Source: an uncultured Gemmatimonadales bacterium
Lineage (GTDB): Bacteria > Gemmatimonadota > Gemmatimonadetes > Gemmatimonadales > GWC2-71-9
NCBI GenBank assembly: GCA_963821525.1
Contig: CAWGED010000019.1
Coordinates: 992,001 to 1,056,000 of the forward strand
Length of the DNA stretch: 64,000 nucleotides
Direction of reading: 5' to 3'
The notes under the pieces are model-generated. The model was not told where the DNA came from and did no database searches. It was given only the letters and a program-made list of their open reading frames with translations. The stretch's first letter is position 1. Every line of letters starts with the position of its first letter. Positions 29,572 through 38,476 of this stretch are shown in pieces. Made by a program: the position numbers and the translations under genes.

Positions 29572-31095
29572 CTAGGCCCACATCGTTGAGAGGGCCTTTT
29601 CTGCGGCGGCGCGGACCTCGGGGTCCTGGTCCTGGACAAATTTCTTTATCGCATTGGCCGCCGAAGGGCCGGCGAGGTGCAGTCCCTCGATCGCGGCCAG
29701 CCGCGACGCGGCAGGCTTCCGCTTGAAGAGCCGGCGGCTTGGCTCTGCGGCGTTCTGCAGCGCGGTGATCGCGTCTTTGGACCCAATCCGGCCGAGGGCA
29801 AGGTACATCTCCCGTTGAATGTCAGGCTTCGATTCGTCCTCGGCTGCGATCGCGAGGCTCATCGCGAGCCCCTGAGTCTTCCTGCCATCCAAGTTGGCGA
29901 CCGCCTGCAGCCGCACCCCCGGCGATGAGTCCTTCAAGGCATGCCGGAGTGCCTCGGCCGCGGCGTTCCCGCCGATCTTCGCGAGCGCTCCCGCGACTGC
30001 CCGCCGGACCCGTTCATCGGCATGGTCGACCTGTTTGGCCAGCTGGGGAACTGCATTCTCGATTCTCAGCTCCCCGGCCAGATCCGCCACATTGCGCACG
30101 ACGAACCAGTCGTCGTGGCTCAGCATGTGAACCAGCAGGTTGGTGCCCTCGGTCATCTCCTTGAGGGCATTGAAATAGGCCCGCCGGTCGGTGGCATCCT
30201 CGGCGGTTGCCATCTCGTGGAGGAGAACCTCGGTTGCGTCGGCCCCCATCCGGCGCATGACCACGACCGCTTCGGCGCGATGCGGAGCGCTGGCCACGAG
30301 CCTCGCCAGACGCTCCAACGCGGAGCGCGGAAGCATGCGCCGGAGTGCGATACCGTAGCCCCGGTGTTCCGCCGCTTCCCCTCCCTTGGTCTCCAGCTCG
30401 ATCAGAGAATGGGCCGCGCGCAGAAGGGTTGGCCAATCCTTTTGACGCGCCGCCAGCTCCGCCGAGGCCACCAGCTCGTTGAGGAGATCGGCGGTGCCTC
30501 GTGAGGAGGTCTCAGCCTCAAGCCGGGTTACCGTGTCCTGAAGCGGGTTCACGGTATGAAGCTCCAGCATGGCGAAGTGCATCAGACCGACCTGCGACTC
30601 GTTCAGTGCATCGGGCCCCAGCTCCTCGAGCCCGCCCTCGTCGTTCTTTGTGTTGGGATCGGGTCGCGGCTGCTTCGCGAGCTCCGGATCGATTGGAGAG
30701 ACTTGAACCGCTCCGGAGCCGGCTGCGTCGAGTCTCGCCATCAGGTGATCGAAGGAACCGTAAGTGCCAGGAGGGACCGATACGGCGCGGACCAGCGACA
30801 GCAGCGCCGGCATCATCAAGCCGGCTGGCAGGCGAAATCCTCCGACTCCTATCGCGGCGAGTTGCCCGTGGAGGGCATCGATGGCCACCGATCCGAATGG
30901 GACTTCATCCGCCCCAACCAGGAAGCCGCGCTCGGTAAGGGTGACACTCAGATCTCTCCCACCCAAGCCCTGAGCAAAGGCCCGGAATGCCGCCCGCTGC
31001 TCTTCCTGGGCATCCGTTTTGTCACGGAGCAGGAAGACGACGTTGGCGAGGGCCGAAAGCGTCGCTGCGGAATCGGTCATTGAGGGTGTGGGCAA
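29572..31095 (-). CDS. HEAT-repeat domain protein
   Basis: C-terminal repeats WFVVRNVA, DERVRRAVAGAL, DSSPGVRLQAV, DQDPEVRAAA; start TTG 31095 or ATG 31080. Confidence 0.8.
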   Translation of the reverse strand: MPTPSMTDSAATLSALANVVFLLRDKTDAQEEQRAAFRAFAQGLGGRDLSVTLTERGFLVGADEVPFGSVAIDALHGQLAAIGVGGFRLPAGLMMPALLSLVRAVSVPPGTYGSFDHLMARLDAAGSGAVQVSPIDPELAKQPRPDPNTKNDEGGLEELGPDALNESQVGLMHFAMLELHTVNPLQDTVTRLEAETSSRGTADLLNELVASAELAARQKDWPTLLRAAHSLIELETKGGEAAEHRGYGIALRRMLPRSALERLARLVASAPHRAEAVVVMRRMGADATEVLLHEMATAEDATDRRAYFNALKEMTEGTNLLVHMLSHDDWFVVRNVADLAGELRIENAVPQLAKQVDHADERVRRAVAGALAKIGGNAAAEALRHALKDSSPGVRLQAVANLDGRKTQGLAMSLAIAAEDESKPDIQREMYLALGRIGSKDAITALQNAAEPSRRLFKRKPAASRLAAIEGLHLAGPSAANAIKKFVQDQDPEVRAAAEKALSTMWA

Positions 31096-31207
31096 CGTTC
31101 GAAGATACTCCCTAGCCCTTGGTGCAGCAATGCTTTACGCCAACGCTGCACAGTGAATCACTGCTCCACTTCTAGCCTGACGTGGAACACTTTACCTTTT
31201 CCCGCCT

Positions 31208-32500
31208 ATGCCCATCGCCGTAAAACTGACTCCGCGGACGAAGCTGTTGGCCGCGGCGAGCCTGATGTTGGTGGTCCTGACTGGTTCGCTTTCCGCCCAG
31301 TCTACCGCCGAAGCCATCTCACTGCTCAATGACGTTCGGTACCTGAGCGACGACAAGCTTGAGGGCCGGATGATCGGTTCGCCCGGCGCCGATAGCGCGG
31401 CGGCCTATCTCGCCCGCCGGTTCAGGAAAGTTGGACTGATCCCCTCGCCCGGTGGCTGGTTCCAGACCTTCACGGTCTCCCGGGACGCACCTGCCGCGGC
31501 TCACGCCGGAATCGGCGGGGTCATCGGGAAGAACGTGATCGGAGTACTGCCGGGACGGGATCCCAAGCTGCGTGACGAGATCATCCTGGTTGGTGCCCAC
31601 TACGATCACCTCGGCCGCGGCGGCTTCGGGAGCCTTGACCCGGACAGCACCGGAAAGGTGCACAACGGGGCCGACGACAATGCCTCGGGCGCCGCTTCAC
31701 TCATCCACATCGCCCACAGGCTGGCTGTCCAGCCTCCGGCGCGCACCGTCGTGTTCGTGGCGTTCAGCGGAGAGGAAGAGGGTTTGCTCGGATCGGCGTA
31801 TTACGTGCGCAATCCCGCCTTCCCCCTCGCCAGCGTCTACGCGATGATCAACCTCGACATGGTTGGCCGCCTCCGCGACGATCATCTCATCATCTACGGC
31901 TCGGCCACCGCGTCCGAGTTCCAGGGCTTGATCGATTCCCTGAACACCCAATCAGGCTTTGTCATAACGTCCCGCGGTGACGGCTACGGCCCCAGCGATC
32001 AGTCCTCATTCTACGGTGCCGGCAGGCCGGTATTGCACATCTTTACCGATCTCCACGAAGACTATCACCGCACCACCGACGACTGGGACAAGATCAACGC
32101 CGACGGGCTGGCGAAGGTAGCGGATTTCACCACCGAGCTGGTTCGCGTGCTGGCCTCGCGTCCCGGTCCGCTCAACTTCGTCAGCAAGGCGGCACCCACT
32201 GATTCAGGGCCGCCGCCAGTCACCCCAGGTTATGGCGCCTATCTGGGCACTGTGCCGGACATGAGCGAAAGTCCTGGCGGCGTCCGATTGACCGGTGTGC
32301 GCGCGGGCAGCCCCGCCGAGAAAGCTGGACTCCGGGGTAGCGACGTGATCGTATCAATCGGCGGCATGGCGACACCCGACCTTCAGGCGATGACCAATGC
32401 CCTGCGAGCCCACAAGGCGGGCGATGTCGTGGATGTCCGCTATGTGCGCGGCGGGGTGGAGCAGACCGTTTCGGTGACCCTGGGAACAAGAGGCAGCTGA
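31208..32500 (+). CDS. M28 family peptidase with a C-terminal PDZ domain
   Basis: GAHYDHLG, GADDNASG, GEEEGLLGS, NLDMVG, DYHRTTD; YLGTVPD...GSPAEKAGL. Confidence 0.92.
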   Translation: MPIAVKLTPRTKLLAAASLMLVVLTGSLSAQSTAEAISLLNDVRYLSDDKLEGRMIGSPGADSAAAYLARRFRKVGLIPSPGGWFQTFTVSRDAPAAAHAGIGGVIGKNVIGVLPGRDPKLRDEIILVGAHYDHLGRGGFGSLDPDSTGKVHNGADDNASGAASLIHIAHRLAVQPPARTVVFVAFSGEEEGLLGSAYYVRNPAFPLASVYAMINLDMVGRLRDDHLIIYGSATASEFQGLIDSLNTQSGFVITSRGDGYGPSDQSSFYGAGRPVLHIFTDLHEDYHRTTDDWDKINADGLAKVADFTTELVRVLASRPGPLNFVSKAAPTDSGPPPVTPGYGAYLGTVPDMSESPGGVRLTGVRAGSPAEKAGLRGSDVIVSIGGMATPDLQAMTNALRAHKAGDVVDVRYVRGGVEQTVSVTLGTRGS

Positions 32501-32958
32501 TGGCGTCGGCTCTCGATCCTCAGCCGATTCTCGCCGGACTGCGCGGAATCTTCGCACGCGAGGCTGGGCGAACCGCGTTACTCCAGTACGCGGCCGACCG
32601 GATCCAGGCAGCGGGGCCACCCTTCACCTCGGTCTACCTCTACATGCTGCACGATGACGAGCTCGTGCTCGAGACGTTTGCGGGGAGGGAAACCGAGCAC
32701 ACGCGAATCGCCGTCGGGAATGGCGTTTGTGGAACTGCCGTGGCCACCGGCCAGGACCAGAACGTGGGTGATGTCAGGGCGATCGAGAACTACATCGCCT
32801 GCAACACCTTCACCCGTTCTGAGCTGGTCGTCCTGATTCGGCGAGGCAAGACGATCCTCGGCCAGATCGACGTGGACAGTGATGTTCCCGACCCCTTCGG
32901 ACCCGACGAAGAAGCGGCGGTGCGTGCCGTCGCCGATGGTCTGGCAGTCCTTCTCTGA
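32500..32958 (+). CDS. GAF-domain protein, free methionine-R-sulfoxide reductase (MsrC)-like
   Basis: RIAVGNGVCGTA, NYIAC, SELVV, GQIDVDS. Confidence 0.8.
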   Translation: MASALDPQPILAGLRGIFAREAGRTALLQYAADRIQAAGPPFTSVYLYMLHDDELVLETFAGRETEHTRIAVGNGVCGTAVATGQDQNVGDVRAIENYIACNTFTRSELVVLIRRGKTILGQIDVDSDVPDPFGPDEEAAVRAVADGLAVLL

Positions 32959-32983
32959 TCCGTAGGTTCTGCCAGGCCAGTCA

Positions 32984-33889
32984 ATGTCCCTACGCGCCTG
33001 GTCCTCCGCCCGCTGGACAGTCCCCCTCCCTCCAGGCCACCGCTTCCCGATTGCGAAATATGCGCTGATCCGCGACGTCGTCGTCGCTTCTGGCGCTCTG
33101 CCGGCCGGCGCGATCGAGGAGCCCGAACGCGTCCCTTTCCAAGCGCTGCAACTGGTCCACGGTCCGGCCTACGTTGAGTCGATCCTCGACGGCACCCTGG
33201 ACCCGGTCGCCGCCCGCCGCCTCGGCTTCCCCTGGACTCCGGAGCTGCGTGAGCGGTCCCTGCATACCGTTCAGGGCACTATCGAAGCCGCTCACGACGC
33301 GCTCGCTCGTGGCGCGGGCATGAACCTGGCGGGCGGCACCCATCACGCATTCGCCGATCGGGGCGAGGGGTTCTGCGTCTTCAACGACGTCGCGGTCGCG
33401 GTCCGTTCCCTCCAGCGTTCGGGGATGGTACACAACGTCGCGATCGTAGATTTGGACGTACATCAAGGGAACGGGACCGCCAGCCTCTTCGAGAATGATC
33501 CTGATGTCTTCACCTTCTCGATGCACGGCGACAACAACTACCCTTTCCACAAGGAATCGAGCCGGCTGGACGTTGGCCTCCCCGACGGCTGCGACGACTC
33601 CTTCTACCTCGGACAGCTCGCCAGACATCTCGATACCGTGCTGGATGCGGCGGAGCCGGACCTGGTGTGTTATCTCGGAGGAGCCGACCCGTATTCGGGA
33701 GACCGGTTCGGCCGCCTCAAGCTGTCGATGGACGGACTGCGGCGACGGGATCAGATGGTGTTCGAGATCTGCTACCGGCGTGGTCTCCCGGTCGTTCTGA
33801 CGCTGGCTGGTGGTTATGCGGCAGACCTCCAGGACATCGCCACGATCCACCTCAACACCGTGCGCGAGCTTCTCGCTTACTACGGCTAG
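32984..33889 (+). CDS. Histone deacetylase family protein
   Basis: HRFP, GGTHHA, GFCVFND, DLDVHQGNGT, GADP, AGGY. Confidence 0.93.
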   Translation: MSLRAWSSARWTVPLPPGHRFPIAKYALIRDVVVASGALPAGAIEEPERVPFQALQLVHGPAYVESILDGTLDPVAARRLGFPWTPELRERSLHTVQGTIEAAHDALARGAGMNLAGGTHHAFADRGEGFCVFNDVAVAVRSLQRSGMVHNVAIVDLDVHQGNGTASLFENDPDVFTFSMHGDNNYPFHKESSRLDVGLPDGCDDSFYLGQLARHLDTVLDAAEPDLVCYLGGADPYSGDRFGRLKLSMDGLRRRDQMVFEICYRRGLPVVLTLAGGYAADLQDIATIHLNTVRELLAYYG

Positions 33890-33906
33890 CTCACCGTCCA
33901 ATTCTC

Positions 33907-34737
33907 ATGGAAGAAACCAGGCTGACGAGATCAGTACGCGGCGTGGAAATCTTTGAACGGCGCGTCGGGAACGGGCCGCCGGTCGTCGTGTTGCACGGCG
34001 GCCCCGGCGCTCATCATGACTATCTCCTGCCGGGATTCGACGCGTTAGACGGTGATCGAGAGCTGATTTACTACGACCAGCGGGGAGGAGGCCGCTCCCC
34101 AGTCGGCCGCGATGTTCCGGTCGGCTGGCGAGAGCACGTTGCCGACCTTGAGGAGCTTCGCACCATCTGGAAGCTGGAGCGTCTTGCGCTGTGCGGCTAT
34201 TCCTGGGGCGGATTATTGGCGATGCTCTATGCCATCGCCCATCCTAACAACGTGGAGCGGCTCGCGCTCGTATCGCCTGCCCCGTCCTGGCGAGCGGCCC
34301 GCATCGAATTCGAGGCCCGTTTCCGCGCTCGCTCGGCAACCCCGGAGATCGAGGCGGAGCGTCGCGCGCTCCGTGCGAGCGGGCTCCGGGAGCGAGACCT
34401 CGCCACCTATCAACGTCGGCTCTTCGAGCTCGCGGTTGCGGGGTATTTCCACGATCCCTCACGAGTCAGTGAGCTGACCCCGTTCCGGATCACGGAGCGA
34501 ACCCAGCGGGAGGTCTGGGAAAGTCTTGGCGATTACGACATTCGGCCCGCGCTCCGTCAGCTCAGGCTCCCGGCCCTGGTGGTTCACGGAGACGACGATC
34601 CGATTCCAGTAGAAAGCGCTCGCGAGACCGCGAATTGCCTGAGCGCGGAATGGTGCCTCCTGCGGAACTGCGGCCATGTCCCGCACGTCGAGGCCTTCGA
34701 TCAATTCGTCGAGGCCCTGGATAACTTTCTTCCGTGA
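33907..34737 (+). CDS. Alpha/beta hydrolase (proline iminopeptidase-like)
   Basis: HGGPG, YDQRGGG, GYSWGG nucleophile elbow, GDDD, GHVPH; start reset to ATG 33907. Confidence 0.88.
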   Translation: MEETRLTRSVRGVEIFERRVGNGPPVVVLHGGPGAHHDYLLPGFDALDGDRELIYYDQRGGGRSPVGRDVPVGWREHVADLEELRTIWKLERLALCGYSWGGLLAMLYAIAHPNNVERLALVSPAPSWRAARIEFEARFRARSATPEIEAERRALRASGLRERDLATYQRRLFELAVAGYFHDPSRVSELTPFRITERTQREVWESLGDYDIRPALRQLRLPALVVHGDDDPIPVESARETANCLSAEWCLLRNCGHVPHVEAFDQFVEALDNFLP

Positions 34738-35435
34738 GATCCACTCCGTTCGATCAGGTATTCGGCAGGCTCGCCGTGGAACGGTTCCCCCCGCTCCGCG
34801 ATTCCCTGGCAGCTTCGCACGTCGACCCCCATGACCTGGACGCCTTCGTCCTCGACCGCGAGGTCGTAGGCCTGCTTCAGGATCTTGTTCCGGAAGGTGC
34901 CGGTGAGTCCCTGGACCAGCACCTCAGCCTTCTGCACCACGCCTTTCTCTTCTGGCTGGAGGGCGGCTGGTCGTTTCGCTTGAGCCGTGCCCGCGCCGAG
35001 ATGATCCTCAAGCAGGAGACGGCGTCACCCAACGACGGGACTTCGGTTCCGCGAGCCTACTACATTCAGTTTCCGGAACGCCTCGTGTGGGCCGAGTTGG
35101 AAAGCGGAGCACCGCATGAGCCTCTGGATGGGCTCTTCGTCCGCCCCTGGCCGGGCGGGGGGTATTTTGTCCTCGGCGTGTTCGGCATGCATCCGACCCG
35201 GGAAGGCTTCACCGTGGTCGAGGCCGATGGCTTTCCAGCCGAGAACCCGTCGCGGGAGGACGGCTCCTCACTCTTTTCTCCGGTGATGGCCGGCGGCACA
35301 AGCGCACAACTGGCTTCCCTGGTGGGACAGGAGGAGCTGCTCGAGTTGGCCGCCCGCACGGCCGCGGCAGTCGGAGAGGTAGTGCGCCGGATCGGCGCCG
35401 AGAATCGCCCGCACGCTCCAATCGAGATCAACTGA
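34734..35435 (+). CDS. Hypothetical protein
   Basis: GTGA-coupled to the upstream gene, 3 nt before polX, typical codon usage. Confidence 0.7.
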   Translation: MRSTPFDQVFGRLAVERFPPLRDSLAASHVDPHDLDAFVLDREVVGLLQDLVPEGAGESLDQHLSLLHHAFLFWLEGGWSFRLSRARAEMILKQETASPNDGTSVPRAYYIQFPERLVWAELESGAPHEPLDGLFVRPWPGGGYFVLGVFGMHPTREGFTVVEADGFPAENPSREDGSSLFSPVMAGGTSAQLASLVGQEELLELAARTAAAVGEVVRRIGAENRPHAPIEIN

Positions 35436-35438
35436 GCC

Positions 35439-37169
35439 ATGATGGATCAGAAGGCCGTGGCGCGCGTGTTCGAGCAGATCGCTTCCTTCATGGAATTGAA
35501 GGGAGAGAACACGTTCCGGGTGCGGGCCTTCACGACCGCGGCCCGGTCGCTGGGGGCCTTTCCCGGTGATCTCCGAACCGCGCTCGACGATGGCACGCTG
35601 GCGGGAACCAAAGGCATCGGGCCCGCCACTCTTCAGATCGTGACCGAGCTGCTCACGGTTGGCCGGTCCTCCCTGCTGGAAGAACTCAGGGAACAGGTTC
35701 CCCCCGGACTCGTGGAGATGCTCCAGGTCTCGGGACTCGGCGTCGCCAAGATCCGGCAGATTCACGAAGCCCTCGACATCGACTCCCTTCCCGAACTCGA
35801 AGCCGCGGCGCGCGATGGACGCCTCGCCAGGCTTCCGCGATTCGGCGCCAAGACAGCCGAGAACGTTCTCAAGGGCATCGCATTCCTCCGCCAGGCCAGT
35901 GAGTTCAAGCTCTCGCACCACGCCGCCGAGGAGGCGGAGACCCTGCGCGCCGCGCTGGAGCGATTGCCCGGGGTGACGTGCGCAGTCATCGGCGGCGAGG
36001 TGCGGCGGCGCTGCGAGCTGGTGAAAGAGCTGATCGTGGTTCTGGTGGCCGAGGCTCAGCCGGCGGATCTGTTCAAGCGTATGGCGCAGTTGCCCGGCGT
36101 CTACGAGTTCGGCGGACACGACGAGCGTCAGGTAACGCTGCGGTTCGCCGGCGGCTCGAGTGCACAGGTGGTGGTCACGACGCCGGTCAATGCCGGGGGA
36201 GTACTGGTCCAGGCCACCGGCAGCGATGCCCACTTGAGCCAACTCATGACCTTCGCTCAACAACGCGGCTTTTCGTTGACCGGTGCTGCCCTGTGGAAGG
36301 GCAGTGAGTTTGTGGCGACCCGCAACGAGGCGGATTTCTACCAGGCCTTGGGCCTGCCGGAGATTCCACCTGAAATCCGCGAAGGACGGGGAGAGATCGA
36401 GGCTGCCGGGAAGAATGAGCTACCCGCTCTTCTGGACCAGAGCGACTTGAAGGGCTTCCTGCATTGCCACAGCGACTACTCGGATGGATCGAACACCATC
36501 GTGGAGATGGCCGCGGCCTGCCGGGATGCCGGTTACCAGTACCTCGGCATCACCGACCACAGCCAGGCGGCAGCCTACGCCGGTGGCCTTGCTGCTGACG
36601 ATCTCAAGCGGCAGGCAGACGAGATCGACGCCGTGAACCAGGGTCTGAAGGGATTTCGAGTCCTGAAAGGAATCGAGGCTGATATTCTCGCGACCGGCGG
36701 CCTGGACTACGACGAGGCCACCCTCGGCCGGCTCGACTTCGTCATCGGCTCGATTCACAGCAGGTTCGGCATGAACGAGCAGGAGATGACGGCGCGAATG
36801 CTGGCCGCGATGGACAATCCCTGTCTCACCATCATCGGCCATCCGACCGGCCGGTTGCTACTCTCGCGCGACCCGTATCCGCTCGACCTGGACCGGATCC
36901 TGGAGAAGGCCGCTGCCAACGGAGTGGCGATGGAGATCAATGCGGACCCCCACCGCCTCGACCTCGACTGGCGCCGGTTGCGCGAAGCCCGCGATCGAGG
37001 CGTGCTGTTGTCGATCGGCGCCGATGCCCACAGCATCGCGGGGCTCCGCCACGTCCCCTTCGGTGTCGGGATGGCGAGGAAGGGATGGCTGACCAAACGG
37101 GACATTCTCAACGCCCGGCCGGCGGACGAATTCCTCAAGCACGCCGCTCGGCGGAGAGCCAGCAGGTGA
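35439..37169 (+). CDS. polX: DNA polymerase X / PHP protein with a degenerate polymerase active site
   Basis: GENTFRVRAF, HhH motifs GIGP and GLGVAK; PHP motifs HCHSDYSDG, ITDHS, GIEAD, GHPTGR, GADAH. Confidence 0.93.
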   Translation: MMDQKAVARVFEQIASFMELKGENTFRVRAFTTAARSLGAFPGDLRTALDDGTLAGTKGIGPATLQIVTELLTVGRSSLLEELREQVPPGLVEMLQVSGLGVAKIRQIHEALDIDSLPELEAAARDGRLARLPRFGAKTAENVLKGIAFLRQASEFKLSHHAAEEAETLRAALERLPGVTCAVIGGEVRRRCELVKELIVVLVAEAQPADLFKRMAQLPGVYEFGGHDERQVTLRFAGGSSAQVVVTTPVNAGGVLVQATGSDAHLSQLMTFAQQRGFSLTGAALWKGSEFVATRNEADFYQALGLPEIPPEIREGRGEIEAAGKNELPALLDQSDLKGFLHCHSDYSDGSNTIVEMAAACRDAGYQYLGITDHSQAAAYAGGLAADDLKRQADEIDAVNQGLKGFRVLKGIEADILATGGLDYDEATLGRLDFVIGSIHSRFGMNEQEMTARMLAAMDNPCLTIIGHPTGRLLLSRDPYPLDLDRILEKAAANGVAMEINADPHRLDLDWRRLREARDRGVLLSIGADAHSIAGLRHVPFGVGMARKGWLTKRDILNARPADEFLKHAARRRASR

Positions 37170-37828
37170 AGCGTACCACCCGGCCGAAGCTGGCGAGTGC
37201 CAAGGAACGAGCGCCCCTGATTCTCGCCCGCCTCAAGGCGGCATATCCCGAAGCGCGCACCGCCCTGAATTTCGGAAACGCCTACCAACTTCTCGTCGCA
37301 ACGATTCTCTCCGCCCAGTGCACCGACACGAGAGTCAACATGGTGACTCCGGAAGTCTTCCGCCGGTTTCCCAATCCGGCGGCGATGGCTAGGGCAAGAA
37401 GGCCGGTGCTGGAGCGATTGATCCAGTCAACCGGATTCTTCCGCAACAAGACCAAGAACCTGATCGGAATGGCCCAGGCCCTCGTCGCGGACCATGGCGG
37501 AGAGGTTCCCAATACCATGGAGGAGCTTCACGCGCTTCCGGGAGTCGGACGCAAGACCGCGAACGTCGTGCTGGGAAATGCCTTCGGAATCAACGTAGGA
37601 GTCACGGTCGATACTCACGTGGCTCGGCTGAGCCAGAGACTGCGTCTCACCCTTCACGACGACCCGGTGAAGATCGAGCGCGATTTGATGCCCTTGTTCC
37701 CGCAGGCTGATTGGGCCCTGCTGTCACACCTGCTGATCTTCCATGGACGTCAGGTGTGCATTGCACGACGCCCGCGCTGTGAAGCCTGTGCCCTCGCCGA
37801 TCTCTGCCCTTCCGCCCGGATTCCATAG
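37166..37828 (+). CDS. nth: Endonuclease III
   Basis: LSAQCTD, LPGVGRKTA, VDTHV, [4Fe-4S] motif CIARRPRCEACALADLC; GTG start overlaps the polX stop. Confidence 0.95.
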   Translation: MKRTTRPKLASAKERAPLILARLKAAYPEARTALNFGNAYQLLVATILSAQCTDTRVNMVTPEVFRRFPNPAAMARARRPVLERLIQSTGFFRNKTKNLIGMAQALVADHGGEVPNTMEELHALPGVGRKTANVVLGNAFGINVGVTVDTHVARLSQRLRLTLHDDPVKIERDLMPLFPQADWALLSHLLIFHGRQVCIARRPRCEACALADLCPSARIP

Positions 37829-37848
37829 CCGGTCAAGTCAGCACGCTG

Positions 37849-38360
37849 CTAGGGAATGGTCGTCTGATAGACCTCGGTACGGAACGGGCTGAAAGCCCCG
37901 TTTGACGTAGTTCGGCAGCGCGGCGGGATGATCGAGCGTGCAGGTGTGGAGCCACACACGCGTAGGACTCAAGTTCCAGGCCTCCTCCACCGCCTTGGTG
38001 AGCAAGAGGGTCCCGAGGCCCCGGCCGATCGCATGTGGCATCAAGCCGAAGTAGGCGATCTCGACCGACCCGTCCTCATGCCGCTTGAGCTCGAAGTACC
38101 CTCCGGGGGCGCCTCTCTCATAAAGGATCCAGGTCCAGACCGGCCCTTTGAGATATTCCTCGATCTGGCTGTCGCTCCAGACCAGCCGGTCGCGCCAGTA
38201 GAATTGCTTCCCCACCTCGGCGTACAAGAATCGAAACAAGCCCACCGGATAGGTCTCGACCCGCTCGATCCGAACGCCATTCGGCGGATCGGCTGCAGCC
38301 CCGAAGATCACCCGGGGAGGTCATCTCGAGGTAAGTCCTGGTCACGTCGATTTTTGACAT
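37849..38360 (-). CDS. GNAT family acetyltransferase; two apparent +1 frameshifts (about 38300 and 37887)
   Basis: MSKIDVTRTYLEM joins FRFLYAEVG...WRDR...EIAYFGL...GRGLG...WLHTCTLDHPAALPNY.KRGF; corrected end QPFRTEVYQTTIP*. Confidence 0.85.
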
Positions 38361-38476
38361 TTCGGCTCCCGGGAAAGCGGCAAATATAAGGAGCATTGTC
38401 CGGCTTTCCTCAATCCACGCTGTGCAAGTCTGAGGGCCCTCCGCATCTCCCGCCCGTCCCAGGAACAGAGGATCTC

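Noticed and set aside
33667..33906. Long N-terminal extensions of the hydrolase, nth (37085) and cyclophilin (52295) ORFs
   Set aside because: They overlap upstream genes or repeats, and family similarity starts at the downstream start codons
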